Source: Candidatus Shapirobacteria bacterium (GTDB taxonomy: Bacteria; Patescibacteriota; Microgenomatia; UBA12405; UBA6130). From it: a DNA stretch of 64,000 bases. This document shows positions 50,429 to 60,087 of the stretch, in pieces. Every line of letters starts with the position of its first letter. Position 1 is the stretch's first letter. Location: positions 314 to 64,313 of the forward strand of contig JALTFB010000031.1 of NCBI GenBank assembly GCA_027007615.1. The letters run 5' to 3'. The notes beneath the pieces are model-generated. The model did no database searches. It was given only the letters and a program-made list of their open reading frames with translations, and was not told the origin of the DNA. The position numbers and the translations under genes are program-made.

Positions 50429-52117
50429 TTAAACCTTCATCAACAAAGGCAGTATCATCGGTTGGCGCTGCGTTTCTCGATAAACATATTCTTCTACCGC
50501 TGCTTGGACCTTTTGCCGCACCAAGGCAAAGTCTTCCATCGCTTCAGCATGATACGTTTGATTAAAGATCTGCTCTGCCAAACGGGCAATTGTTTTTAGG
50601 AATTGCCTATTTTCTTTCTCGTAAACAAAACCGCGGCTCATTACTTGTATCGGCTGAAGCAATTTGCGCCGCCGGTCGTAAATCATTACTATAACCAGAA
50701 CTCCTTCCTTAGCTAAAACCCGCCGGTCGCGCAAGACAACTTTACCCACATCGCCAACTCCCAAACCATCCACAAAAACTTGGCGTAATGGCGGTTGTAA
50801 TTCCTCTGTTTTCAAGCCAAAGCGGCTATAAACCAAAACGGTATTTTCCTTAGGAAGAACCAGTTGGCTATCCTTAAAATTAAGCTCTTTAGCCAATTGC
50901 AAATAGCGCTTTGCCTGCCGGTAACTCCCACCGATCGGCGCAACATAGTGCGGCCTCGCTAATTCCAGGAGCAGAGCCAATTCCCGCCGCGCCCCGTGGC
51001 CGGAAACATGAATCCGCCCATTTTCAATTTCATGGTAAACCACGTCCGCGCCTTCTTTTATTAAATTATCAATCATCGTGTAAATCCCCTTATTAGTGCC
51101 GGGAATATAATCGGGCGATGAAAAAATAATCCTGTCCGTAGACTTTATTTTTAAGCGATGTTGGCCGCTGGTAACCCTATAAAGCGACGATCCCACCTGC
51201 CCCAAACTGCCCCCGATAAGGAATGTCAATTGCTTATCCGGCAATTTGCGGGCCCGGCGCAAATCGACCAAATCCCTATTCTCAAGCTTAAGATAACCTA
51301 ATTTTTGGGCTAATTTCACATTTTTTCCCACTGACATCCCCACCAAGCAAATTTTGCGCCCCTGCTGGCGGGAAACGGCAATTGCTTGTTGCCAACGGTA
51401 AATATTGGAAGAAATGGCCGTTACAAAAACGCGCCCCTTAGCCGTTTCTATCTGCTCTTCAAACATAGACGCTAACTCCCGCTCCGAAGGGGAAACGCCT
51501 TCTCTCTCCGATCCCAAAGAATCGGATAAAAGGCCTAAAATTCCCTCATCGCCCAAACGGGCAATTTTTGCCAATTGGCTAGGTTTATTGTCAAGAGGAT
51601 GGGGATCAAACTTAAAATCGGACCCGTGGTAAAAGTTGCCTATCGGCGTGCGGATAAAATAATGGAAAGTGTCGGGGATGGAATGGGTTACCCTGATCGC
51701 TTCCGCTTCGAAAACGCCAAAACGGACTTTATCGTCCGGCTTTATTTCCTGTATCTTGATTCCCGGGACACCATAATCCAATAGCTTTTCTTCTATCAAC
51801 CCCTTGCTCAAACGGCTAGTATAAATCGGCACGCGCCGTTTAAATTGGGTTAAAAAGAAAGGCAAGGCGCCGATATGATCTTCGTGCCCGTGGGTTAACA
51901 GAATGCCAACGACTTTCTCCTGCCGCTGCAAAACATAACTAAAATCGGGGATAATCATATCTACACCAAGGGCATCGGCATTGGGAAAGCCAACGCCGAC
52001 GTCAATTATTAAAATTTGGCTTCCTTCCTCTTTGCCTTGAGGCAAAAAGTGGTAAGCGTACATGTTTTGCGTCACCTCGCCAAAGCCACCCAAACTAACA
52101 ATTTTCAAAAGGTCCAT
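50429..52117 (-). CDS. rnj: Ribonuclease J
   Basis: LGGFGEVTQNM, THGHEDHIG, HSIPD, IHVSGH, VLRDRRVL. Confidence 0.95.
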   Translation of the reverse strand: MDLLKIVSLGGFGEVTQNMYAYHFLPQGKEEGSQILIIDVGVGFPNADALGVDMIIPDFSYVLQRQEKVVGILLTHGHEDHIGALPFFLTQFKRRVPIYTSRLSKGLIEEKLLDYGVPGIKIQEIKPDDKVRFGVFEAEAIRVTHSIPDTFHYFIRTPIGNFYHGSDFKFDPHPLDNKPSQLAKIARLGDEGILGLLSDSLGSEREGVSPSERELASMFEEQIETAKGRVFVTAISSNIYRWQQAIAVSRQQGRKICLVGMSVGKNVKLAQKLGYLKLENRDLVDLRRARKLPDKQLTFLIGGSLGQVGSSLYRVTSGQHRLKIKSTDRIIFSSPDYIPGTNKGIYTMIDNLIKEGADVVYHEIENGRIHVSGHGARRELALLLELARPHYVAPIGGSYRQAKRYLQLAKELNFKDSQLVLPKENTVLVYSRFGLKTEELQPPLRQVFVDGLGVGDVGKVVLRDRRVLAKEGVLVIVMIYDRRRKLLQPIQVMSRGFVYEKENRQFLKTIARLAEQIFNQTYHAEAMEDFALVRQKVQAAVEEYVYRETQRQPMILPLLMKV

Positions 52118-52129
52118 TTTCTTCTCCTC

Positions 52130-53176
52130 CTACCAACTGGGTATAAAATTTTTAATATTATCGGGTGTAACCGCCACTTTAGTGGCTTTACCGCTAACAA
52201 TCATCATCGCCACCTGACGGCAAATTTTTTCAATATTGCGCTTGAGGGTACGGACTCCGGCATCAAATCCAAGCGGCCGGACAATTAGCGGCCAGCAAGC
52301 GTCGGCAATTGTCAATTCCTGGGGACGGAGACCGGCCGCCTTCATGGCTCGGGGTAAGAGATAGTCCTTACCAATAATAGTCTTCTCTTTATCGGAATAC
52401 GAAAGCATGGCTATCGGCTCTATTCTATCCATCACCGCCGTAGCTATCCTATTGGTATTATTTGCCGTGGCGACAAAAAGCACCTGCGACAAATCAAACG
52501 GATAGTCAATGAAATGGTCGTTAAAGCGTTGGTTTTGTTCAGGATCCAGCAGTTCAACCAAAACACCCATGATACTGCTGAGAGCCGACTCCGCCACCCG
52601 GTCAATTTCATCAAGGAGAATTACCGGATTACGCACCTTAACTTGGCGCAGCCCGCGAATTATCCGGCCCGGGCCGGCATAGGGATAAAAACGCGATTGG
52701 CCGCGCAAATAATAAGAATCTCCCAAACCGCCAAAAGGAATGCGGATAAATTGCCGCCCCAACGCCTGGGCGATAGCAGACGCCATGGTTGTCTTGCCGG
52801 TGCCCACCAGACCGACAAAACAAATCACTGGCGCCCTGCTTATCGCTTCCTGGCCGCGCTGCTTTTGCAAAATTAACACCGATAAATATTCTAAAACCCT
52901 CTTTTTAACGCTTTCCAGCCCGTAATGGCTATCGTCTAAAACCTGCCGGGCGCGCTTCAGGTCAAGGATATCTTTACTTTGCTTATTCCAAGGCAGGTTT
53001 ACAATCCAATCAATATAACTGGCCGTCCGCTGATAATTAAGGAAAAAGCTCTCCGTGCCCACCAACAATCCCAACTGGTCAAGCATTTCTTGCAGTCTTT
53101 GTTGCAAATCGGAAGGAATATCAGCCCCGGACAACTGCCGACGCAAATTTTCTAATAAATTATTTTTCTTTTCCAT
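52130..53176 (-). CDS. Lon-type AAA+ ATPase lacking the protease domain
   Basis: YIDWIVNLPW, LDDSHYGLESVKKRVLEYL, GLVGTGKTT, NPVILLDEID, ELLDPEQNQRFNDHF. Ends before the P-domain. Confidence 0.88.
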   Translation of the reverse strand: MEKKNNLLENLRRQLSGADIPSDLQQRLQEMLDQLGLLVGTESFFLNYQRTASYIDWIVNLPWNKQSKDILDLKRARQVLDDSHYGLESVKKRVLEYLSVLILQKQRGQEAISRAPVICFVGLVGTGKTTMASAIAQALGRQFIRIPFGGLGDSYYLRGQSRFYPYAGPGRIIRGLRQVKVRNPVILLDEIDRVAESALSSIMGVLVELLDPEQNQRFNDHFIDYPFDLSQVLFVATANNTNRIATAVMDRIEPIAMLSYSDKEKTIIGKDYLLPRAMKAAGLRPQELTIADACWPLIVRPLGFDAGVRTLKRNIEKICRQVAMMIVSGKATKVAVTPDNIKNFIPSW

Positions 53177-53220
53177 TATTTCAATAATAGCACGAATGAA
53201 GTGGCAAGGGGGTTTATTTT

Positions 53221-55404
53221 TTATCTCCTCTTGCGCGGGTGATCAAAATGGGAATGGAAATTAGAAAATTTCCTCGGAGGTCGATCACGACGGTAATCCC
53301 CGCCGGAGCTGGGATGGGGTTGGCCCGGAAAAGGCATTTCCGGCCGCAAGTTCACTCGGCCCATATCATCAATCTGCTTAACCACAACTTTAATGTTCTG
53401 CCCGGGCTTAACCACGTCCGCCGGATCTTTGACAAAACCTTCGCTTAAATCGGAAATATGGATCAAACCGTCTTTGCCAGGCAAAAATTCCACGAAAACG
53501 CCGAAAGGCTGAATTCTGTTAACTACTCCTTCGAAAACCTCTCCCGGTTTTACTTCATGAGTTAGCGCCTCTATTTCCTCAATCGCTTTTTTTACACCTT
53601 CATGGGAAAGGCCACTCACAGTTACCGTTCCGTCATCTTCGATGTTAATTTCACAATCTGTTTCCTCACTCATTTTGCGAATTACCCGGCCTCCCGGGCC
53701 AATAACTTCGCCAATCTTGGCCGGAGCGATATGCAAAAGGGCAATTTTAGGAGCCAGTTGGGAAATTTTCGCCCGCGGCTTGGCTATCGTTTCCGCCATA
53801 ATCGCCAAAATCTTGCCGCGCGCTTTTTGGGCCCGATCCAAGGCTCCCTTAACAACTTCATCACTGAGCCCATGGGTTTTAATATCCACTTGCACCGCGG
53901 TAATGCCTTCATTTGTCCCCGCCACCTTGAAATCCATATCTCCATTGAAATCTTCAATGCCGGCAATATCCAGCAAAAACTTAAAATCCTTACCTTTGGT
54001 CAGCAAACCGACCGAGATGCCAGCCACCGGGCTCTTGATGGGCACACCGGCATCCATTAATGACAGTGTGGAACCGCAAACGCTGGCCATCGAAGTGGAG
54101 CCGTTGGACGACAATACTTCGGAAACCACACGAATAGTATAGGGAAATTTGTCTTCGCTGGGAATAACCGGCTCCAGGGCGCGTTCCGCCAATGCCCCGT
54201 GGCCAATTTCCCGCCGCTTCGGACTGCCAAAACGGCTCAACTCGCCGCTGGCATACCCGGGCATGGAATAATGATGAATATAGCGCTTGCTTTCTTCGCC
54301 TTCCGCGCTTTCAATTAACTGTTTCAAGGAAGGCGCTCCCAAAGTGGCTACCGTTAAAACTTGAGTCTTGCCCCGGGTGAAAACTGCCGAACCATGGGTT
54401 CGCGTCAAAACCCCCACCTTGGCGCTGATGGGGCGGATTTCATCATCGGCCCGGCCATCGGGGCGGTGCCCTTTCCAAATCATATCCCGAACTGCCTGCT
54501 TCCAAAGCTTTTCCACCGCCAAAGTTACCCGCAAGCCGCCCATTTCTTCGGCCAACTCCCCCTTGGCTATTTCTATCAGCTCGGACAAATCGTCACTCTC
54601 TGTTGACAATAGTTTGCTTATCCTTTGGCGCATTTCCTTGCCAATAACCTTTTCCACTTTTTTCAGTTCTTCTTCATTGGGATAAGAAGAAGGGCTGTTA
54701 TATTTTTTGCGGCCAATTTTGTCACCAATTTTAGCCACGAATTCAGCCAAACGAAGACTTTCTTTCTTGCCAAAAAGCACCGCCCGATAAAAATCTTCTT
54801 CTTTTACTTCCCGGGCGCCGGCCTCGATCATTACAATTCCCTCTTTGCCGGCCGCTACCGTCAGGTCTAAATCGGAAAATTTTTGTTCTGTTTCTACCGG
54901 GTTGGCAAAAGGCTGGCCATCACGCCAGCCAACTTGCAAGCCGCCGATCGGGCCTTGCCAAGGCAAACTGGAAATTTGCAACGCCGCCGAGGTGGCCATT
55001 AAAGCCACAAAAAGCGGATCGCTTTTGAGGTCCACCGAAAGCAACGTTAAGGCAACCTGCACTTCATCGTAAAAGCCTTTAGGAAAAAGGGGCCTCACCG
55101 ACCTGTCCACCAGACGGGCAATCAAAACAGCCTCGTCGGAAGGGCGGCCTTCCCTTTTTACCCAGCGGCTGCCCTTGATACGCCCGCCGGCATAAAGCCT
55201 TTCAATATATTCAACCTGAAGAGGAAAATAACCCAAGTCTTCTCTTGACTTGCCGCGCACCACCGTAGCCAAAATCATGGTTTCACCATAGCGGGCAATA
55301 ACGGCGGCATCGCTATGAAAAGCAAAACCGCCGCTGGCAATCGTCAACGTCCTGCCGCCAATATCAATACTGAACATTTCTTTTCCTATCTGGTTTGATT
55401 TCAT
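53221..55404 (-). CDS. pnp: Polyribonucleotide nucleotidyltransferase (PNPase)
   Basis: REGRPSD, RTHGSAVFTRG, RREIGHGALAERAL, SNGSTSMASVCG, DMDFKVAG, KH and S1 domains. Confidence 0.98.
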   Translation of the reverse strand: MKSNQIGKEMFSIDIGGRTLTIASGGFAFHSDAAVIARYGETMILATVVRGKSREDLGYFPLQVEYIERLYAGGRIKGSRWVKREGRPSDEAVLIARLVDRSVRPLFPKGFYDEVQVALTLLSVDLKSDPLFVALMATSAALQISSLPWQGPIGGLQVGWRDGQPFANPVETEQKFSDLDLTVAAGKEGIVMIEAGAREVKEEDFYRAVLFGKKESLRLAEFVAKIGDKIGRKKYNSPSSYPNEEELKKVEKVIGKEMRQRISKLLSTESDDLSELIEIAKGELAEEMGGLRVTLAVEKLWKQAVRDMIWKGHRPDGRADDEIRPISAKVGVLTRTHGSAVFTRGKTQVLTVATLGAPSLKQLIESAEGEESKRYIHHYSMPGYASGELSRFGSPKRREIGHGALAERALEPVIPSEDKFPYTIRVVSEVLSSNGSTSMASVCGSTLSLMDAGVPIKSPVAGISVGLLTKGKDFKFLLDIAGIEDFNGDMDFKVAGTNEGITAVQVDIKTHGLSDEVVKGALDRAQKARGKILAIMAETIAKPRAKISQLAPKIALLHIAPAKIGEVIGPGGRVIRKMSEETDCEINIEDDGTVTVSGLSHEGVKKAIEEIEALTHEVKPGEVFEGVVNRIQPFGVFVEFLPGKDGLIHISDLSEGFVKDPADVVKPGQNIKVVVKQIDDMGRVNLRPEMPFPGQPHPSSGGDYRRDRPPRKFSNFHSHFDHPRKRR

Positions 55405-55670
55405 TTTTTTAACTTTAACACTTTAATTAATTCCTGATAACGGTTCTTATCGTGAGCCATCAGATAACGGAGAAGCCGGCGGCGCTTGGCAATTTTACTT
55501 AATAAACCTCGCTTCGCCGGGGCATCATGAATATGCACCTTAAGATGAGCCAACAGTTTATTAATCTCTTGGTTTAATAAGACTGCCTGAACTTCCGGTG
55601 ATCCCGTATCTCCTTTCCCACGGGCAAATTTACTAATGATATCTTTCTTTTCGTTTGCTGTCAAAGGCAT
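55401..55670 (-). CDS. rpsO: 30S ribosomal protein S15
   Basis: DTGSPEVQ, HLKVHIHD, RGLL...RRRLLRYL. Confidence 0.97.
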   Translation of the reverse strand: MPLTANEKKDIISKFARGKGDTGSPEVQAVLLNQEINKLLAHLKVHIHDAPAKRGLLSKIAKRRRLLRYLMAHDKNRYQELIKVLKLKK

Positions 55671-55705
55671 TTTCTACCTCGTTTATAAATTTAACGCTGT
55701 TATTT

Positions 55706-55733
55706 ATTGTAACAGAAATTTAACATTAGTAAA
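55706..55733 (-). promoter_or_regulatory. rpsO promoter
   Basis: TTTACT...TGtTACAAT upstream of a GAGGT SD and the rpsO ATG. Confidence 0.5.
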
Positions 55734-55768
55734 CCCCCAAATTAAGTGGCCAATTGTTCCGCTTTAAT

Positions 55769-56659
55769 TTAATTTCCCTTGGGGGTGGTGGAGCCGCGAA
55801 AAATTTTTGGCGTCGGAAAAGTCACTTTTGTTTGGCTAAACAAACCGCCGCCTTCCTTTGATTCCACATTTTCAACCGGCTGCTTATCGGCCTCAACGCC
55901 GGAAATGGCCGGTTGTGGTGATGGCGCCGGTTGGGCTACAGATTGAGGACGCGGCTGGAAAACCTTGAAACAAAGCGCGGCTGTCTCCAAAGTATGGTAA
56001 TCGCGAACATTAGCGAATGATCTTGTCGCCTGCCAAATACCCCGATAAAGGTTAGCGGCAATCTTAGCATTAAAAGGAAGCCCCAAGCTTTGGATTAACC
56101 TGGCCACCACCTCCGAGTAGCCGGATTGCGAATCGGCCAAATTAAACCTTACTCCCGGTTGGTTCACCCTTCCCTGGCGATCAAACCACACCCAGCAGGG
56201 CTCTCCTTGCAACCAGCTTGCCGGCATTTTGACCGCCGTTGAAGCGCCAAAAAGAAAACCCATATCAGGTTTTTCCAATAATGTCTCCACCGCCACTTGC
56301 TCCTTCTTTATCGGCTCGGCCCCTTCTTTGAGGCGAACCACCAATTGCAATTGGCCCCGGCTGTCATCGGAAGAAACTTTCTCAATTTTTTCCAGAGGAT
56401 AATGCAAAGCTATAGTCAAATTTTCTTGGCCGAGATTTGTCCTTAAATTTTCCACTCCGGATAGTTGCCGCCAATCACCTTTAGCCTGTTGGCCAACAAA
56501 AACTTGGCCCTCTTTCTGGGCTTCACGCAAGCTTAAAAATAAAGCTAAGCCGGCGGCAACCGCATCGAAATCAGCCTCGGCAATGACTACGGCCACCTGC
56601 CGGGACTTATTTAAAGCCGCTGCCAATTCCTGGCTCTGGTTATTAATTTGTTGGTTCAT
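55769..56659 (-). CDS. Degenerate DHH-family (NrnA-like) protein
   Basis: ADFDAVAAGLAL, SEVVARLI, IAANLYRGIWQATRSF. The DHH motif position reads FDRQ. Confidence 0.6.
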   Translation of the reverse strand: MNQQINNQSQELAAALNKSRQVAVVIAEADFDAVAAGLALFLSLREAQKEGQVFVGQQAKGDWRQLSGVENLRTNLGQENLTIALHYPLEKIEKVSSDDSRGQLQLVVRLKEGAEPIKKEQVAVETLLEKPDMGFLFGASTAVKMPASWLQGEPCWVWFDRQGRVNQPGVRFNLADSQSGYSEVVARLIQSLGLPFNAKIAANLYRGIWQATRSFANVRDYHTLETAALCFKVFQPRPQSVAQPAPSPQPAISGVEADKQPVENVESKEGGGLFSQTKVTFPTPKIFRGSTTPKGN

Positions 56660-56661
56660 TG

Positions 56662-58158
56662 TTATTCCTCACTTTTTTTATTGCTATAGGATATTAACAT
56701 GTCACCAGGCTGGAAGTCAAGTTGCGGCGATAAGATTAAACCACATTCATTGCCGGCGGCTACCTCATCAACCGGCTGCTTCCCTCGCCGCAGGGAAGAA
56801 ATCCTCGCCTCACCCAAATCTTTATTTCCTCTTGCCAGGTGAACATGCCATCGCTTATTAAGTTTGCCCTCCAAGACCCGGCAACCGGCTACCTTTTTGC
56901 CGTCAAAGGGAAAAACTTTTAATATTTCCGCCCGGCCGGCCGCGGCCGCTTCCGAGGCCGGTTGTGTCAACCGCAAAATTTCTTCTCCCATAGTTTCAAA
57001 AAGTTCATAAATAAGGGTAAACGTGCGCCAAAAAACCCGGTGCTGGCGGGCTTCTTTTTGGGCGGCCAAGTTGGCGCCGACCCGAAAGCCATAAATCTGC
57101 GCTCCGCTGGTTTGAGCCAAAAAAACATCGGCTTCGCTAATCTCGCCGACGCCCAGGCTGATAATCTGCGCCTCCGGCGGCAAATTCCGCTCCACCGCTT
57201 CCAAGCTCCCCTGGCTATCGGCACGAATAATTATTTTCAGTTTTTTTTCTTCTTCCTCGGCAGCTTTCCCTTCTAAAAGCGCCAACAGATCTACTTTTGC
57301 TTCTTCTGATTCTTTTCGCGCCGCGGCGGTCAAATCATCATCACGGTTAACGGCGTGAGCCGTTAAGGGCGATCCCGGCGGCGGCGGCTCGCTAAATCCC
57401 AAAACCTCCACCGGCTGGCCGGGGCCGGCCCATTTTATATTCTGGCCGCTTGGCGAAAGGATGGCTCGCACCTTAATCGCTTCCTCGCTTAAATATATTG
57501 TCTGCCGTGGCTCCAAATGGCCATTCATCACAATCACTGTTGCCGCTGCGCCGCGGCGGGCATCCTTCTTGGCTTCCAGCACCACACCCCGGAATTCCCC
57601 ATCAGGATTGGCGTTCAGCTCCAATATCTTTCCCATCAAAACAATCAACTCTAGCAAATCGTCAATGCCAGCGCCCGTTTTGGCTGAAATCGCCACCGTG
57701 GGTATTTTGCCTCCGTATTCCTCGGGCGGGTAGCCCAATTCCACCAATTCGCTTTTCACTTTGTCGGCATTAGCCGTTTCCAGGTCAATTTTATTAATGG
57801 CCACAATAAAAGGAATTTTAGCTTCTTTTATATGTTCCAGGCATTCCTTTGTTTGCGCTTTAACCCCTTCGTCGGCGGCTACCACCAATACCGCCAAATC
57901 GGTCAACTGGGCTCCCCGGGCGCGCATTTGAGCAAAAGCGGCATGGCCGGGGGTATCAATAAAGGTAATCTTTTCCGATTGCTTATCAACATCAATTTCA
58001 ATTTGATAAGCGCCGATTGTTTGGGTAATTCCTCCCGCTTCCCGAGCGGTCAAGTTACTCTGGCGAATTTTATCTAAAAGCGTGGTTTTGCCATGATCTA
58101 CATGGCCCATGATGGTTACAATCGGTGGACGCAACAGCAATTTTTTCTTTTTTTTCAT
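56662..58158 (-). CDS. infB: Translation initiation factor IF-2 (short, no N-domain)
   Basis: [45 protein letters not shown]. Confidence 0.97.
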   Translation of the reverse strand: MKKKKKLLLRPPIVTIMGHVDHGKTTLLDKIRQSNLTAREAGGITQTIGAYQIEIDVDKQSEKITFIDTPGHAAFAQMRARGAQLTDLAVLVVAADEGVKAQTKECLEHIKEAKIPFIVAINKIDLETANADKVKSELVELGYPPEEYGGKIPTVAISAKTGAGIDDLLELIVLMGKILELNANPDGEFRGVVLEAKKDARRGAAATVIVMNGHLEPRQTIYLSEEAIKVRAILSPSGQNIKWAGPGQPVEVLGFSEPPPPGSPLTAHAVNRDDDLTAAARKESEEAKVDLLALLEGKAAEEEEKKLKIIIRADSQGSLEAVERNLPPEAQIISLGVGEISEADVFLAQTSGAQIYGFRVGANLAAQKEARQHRVFWRTFTLIYELFETMGEEILRLTQPASEAAAAGRAEILKVFPFDGKKVAGCRVLEGKLNKRWHVHLARGNKDLGEARISSLRRGKQPVDEVAAGNECGLILSPQLDFQPGDMLISYSNKKSEE

Positions 58159-58193
58159 ATTCGCCTTCCTTATCTTGCCAACCGCAACGCTGC

Positions 58194-59312
58194 CTAATCA
58201 TTGTCCGGCTGGCTAACTTTTCTTACTTTCTTGCTTTTTCCGGCTCCTTCCGCCTTTTTAATTTTCCTCTTGGCCGGCTTTCGGTCACTTTTCTTTGCCG
58301 CGGCCTCCTTGGCCCCAACCTCCTCAGCGGCAGCCAGAACTTTAATTTCATAACCCACTAATTCTCCTGCCAGATCCACATTTTCTCCGTGCACTCCAAT
58401 AGTCCGCGCCAATTCCTCTTCGGGAACTTTAACTTCGATAACTTTTGCTTTCTCATCGATTTTGCCAACAACAACATGCTCAGCCGGAGAAAGAGCCGCC
58501 TTCACCAATTGGTTAATATCATCGCTAAAAGGAATAATGTCTATTTTCTCGCTGCCCAATTCATCCATTACCACATGAACCCGCGATCCTTCTTGGCCGA
58601 CACAAGAGCCAACCGGATCGACACCGGGCTGATGGGACCGGACGGCAATTTTGGTGCGTTTGCCGGCACGGCGGGCAATGCGGGCGATCTCCACATTGCC
58701 GGAAGTCACCTCGGGCACCTCGCGCCGGAACAGCTCTTCCACCAACCGGGGGTCGCTGCGGGAAACAACCATCATTTTTCTGTCTTCTTCCTCACGTATT
58801 TCTTTAAGATAAAAAGCCATTTTGGTCGAGGGCGTATATTTTTCTCCTGGTACCTGCTCCTCTCGAGGCATAATTGCCTCGGCCTTGCCTACACCAACAA
58901 CTATGCCACTATTGTCAATACGCAGAATTACCCCATTAACTAAAGTGCCAATCCTGTCGGCAAACTCGGCAAAAATAGCTTCCCGCTCCGCCTCGCGAAT
59001 TTTTTGGACAATAACTTGTTTAGCTGTCTGGGCGGCGATACGGCCAAAATCCGGCGGCGTAACCTCTTTTTTCTTGCCATCCGCACCAATTTGAAAAATG
59101 CGCGCCGAACCCGACTCCGAATTCAAATCCACCTCATACTCAATTTCCGGATCGAGTGCCTCTCCCCGCTCGCGGGCATCTTTCTTGTAAGCCGCAATGA
59201 TCGCCAGCCTGACCGAGGCAATAATTGTCTGCGCGTCAATTCGCCGTTCCCCGGCAATTTGGGCTACGGCGGTCGCAAATTCGGTGCGCGGCAATTTCTT
59301 AAAATCAATCAT
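58194..59312 (-). CDS. nusA: Transcription factor NusA
   Basis: FGRIAAQTAKQVIVQKIREAER, LFRREVPEV, DPVGSCVG, EKIDII. Confidence 0.97.
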   Translation of the reverse strand: MIDFKKLPRTEFATAVAQIAGERRIDAQTIIASVRLAIIAAYKKDARERGEALDPEIEYEVDLNSESGSARIFQIGADGKKKEVTPPDFGRIAAQTAKQVIVQKIREAEREAIFAEFADRIGTLVNGVILRIDNSGIVVGVGKAEAIMPREEQVPGEKYTPSTKMAFYLKEIREEEDRKMMVVSRSDPRLVEELFRREVPEVTSGNVEIARIARRAGKRTKIAVRSHQPGVDPVGSCVGQEGSRVHVVMDELGSEKIDIIPFSDDINQLVKAALSPAEHVVVGKIDEKAKVIEVKVPEEELARTIGVHGENVDLAGELVGYEIKVLAAAEEVGAKEAAAKKSDRKPAKRKIKKAEGAGKSKKVRKVSQPDND

Positions 59313-59326
59313 TTTATTTTTACTTC

Positions 59327-59395
59327 AAAAAAGGCGGTACTCCACCGCCCCTTTTAACTCGGCTTAATTGTAGCAAACCTACCCATTGAGGTCAA
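59327..59395 (-). promoter_or_regulatory. nusA promoter plus leader terminator (rimP/nusA-leader-like attenuator)
   Basis: TTGACC-17 bp-TACAAT, then ggcggt-ggagt-accgcc-tttttt ending 14 nt before the ATG. Confidence 0.7.
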
Positions 59396-59544
59396 ACCAG
59401 TGTACAGGTTACATACTTTTGAAACTCAAGAGCCGCTGTTAACAGATAATCAATGGGTGATTGATCATTTAAAGATTTCTCTGGCCTAACAGTATTCCAT
59501 TTCCAAGACGAAATGTATCTTGCCAGATGGTGGCTTATTTTCTC

Positions 59545-59963
59545 ATTATCCTGGACTCCCCGATTTTATCGGGGAATCAGCATAACAATGGAAGGTGAAG
59601 CGCGTTGTAGAGGTGTCATCCTAAACTTTTCCCCGACGATCCGCCAGCTGGCGGAGTCGGGAAAAGTTCAGGATCTTCAGGGAGTGGTGGAACAACAATG
59701 TAAATAAGATACCAACTGAAGATGCTGAGCTAAACTCAGCATGACAATGGAGAGTGAAGTGTGTTGCAGAGATGTCATCCTGATTTTTCGACGAAGTCGG
59801 AAAGTTCAGGATCTTCAGTATGTGGTGAGCCAACAATGCAAACAGGACACTCCCTGAAGATGCTGAAAAAATTTCAGCATGACAGTGGAATATGCTGTTG
59901 TCAACTCCGAGAGCTGCCGAGGCGGGCAAGGTCGGAGCAGGGTAAACCAAGATCAGCATGACA
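59545..59963. repeat. REP/BIME-like array of alternating inverted palindromes with nested inserts
   Basis: TGTCATCCT...TTCAGGATCT (59614-59676, 59773-59814) alternates with AGATGCTGA...TCAGCATGACA (59720-59746, 59858-59884). Spacers are also duplicated. Confidence 0.85.
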
Positions 59964-60087
59964 CTGTTTTTAATTTTATTTTCTATTTATTTTCCCAAGA
60001 AATCGCCCAAGCTAATTTAAATAAGCTTACTTCCAGGAAAAAGAGGCACAAGCTCCACGGCCAAGGCGATTATCGTTAAATTCTGGA

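Noticed and set aside
59545-59963. Possible CRISPR array
   Set aside because: Repeats alternate in orientation and vary internally, spacers resemble each other, and no cas genes are present. This fits REP/BIME-like repeats. The short ORFs called here are likely spurious.
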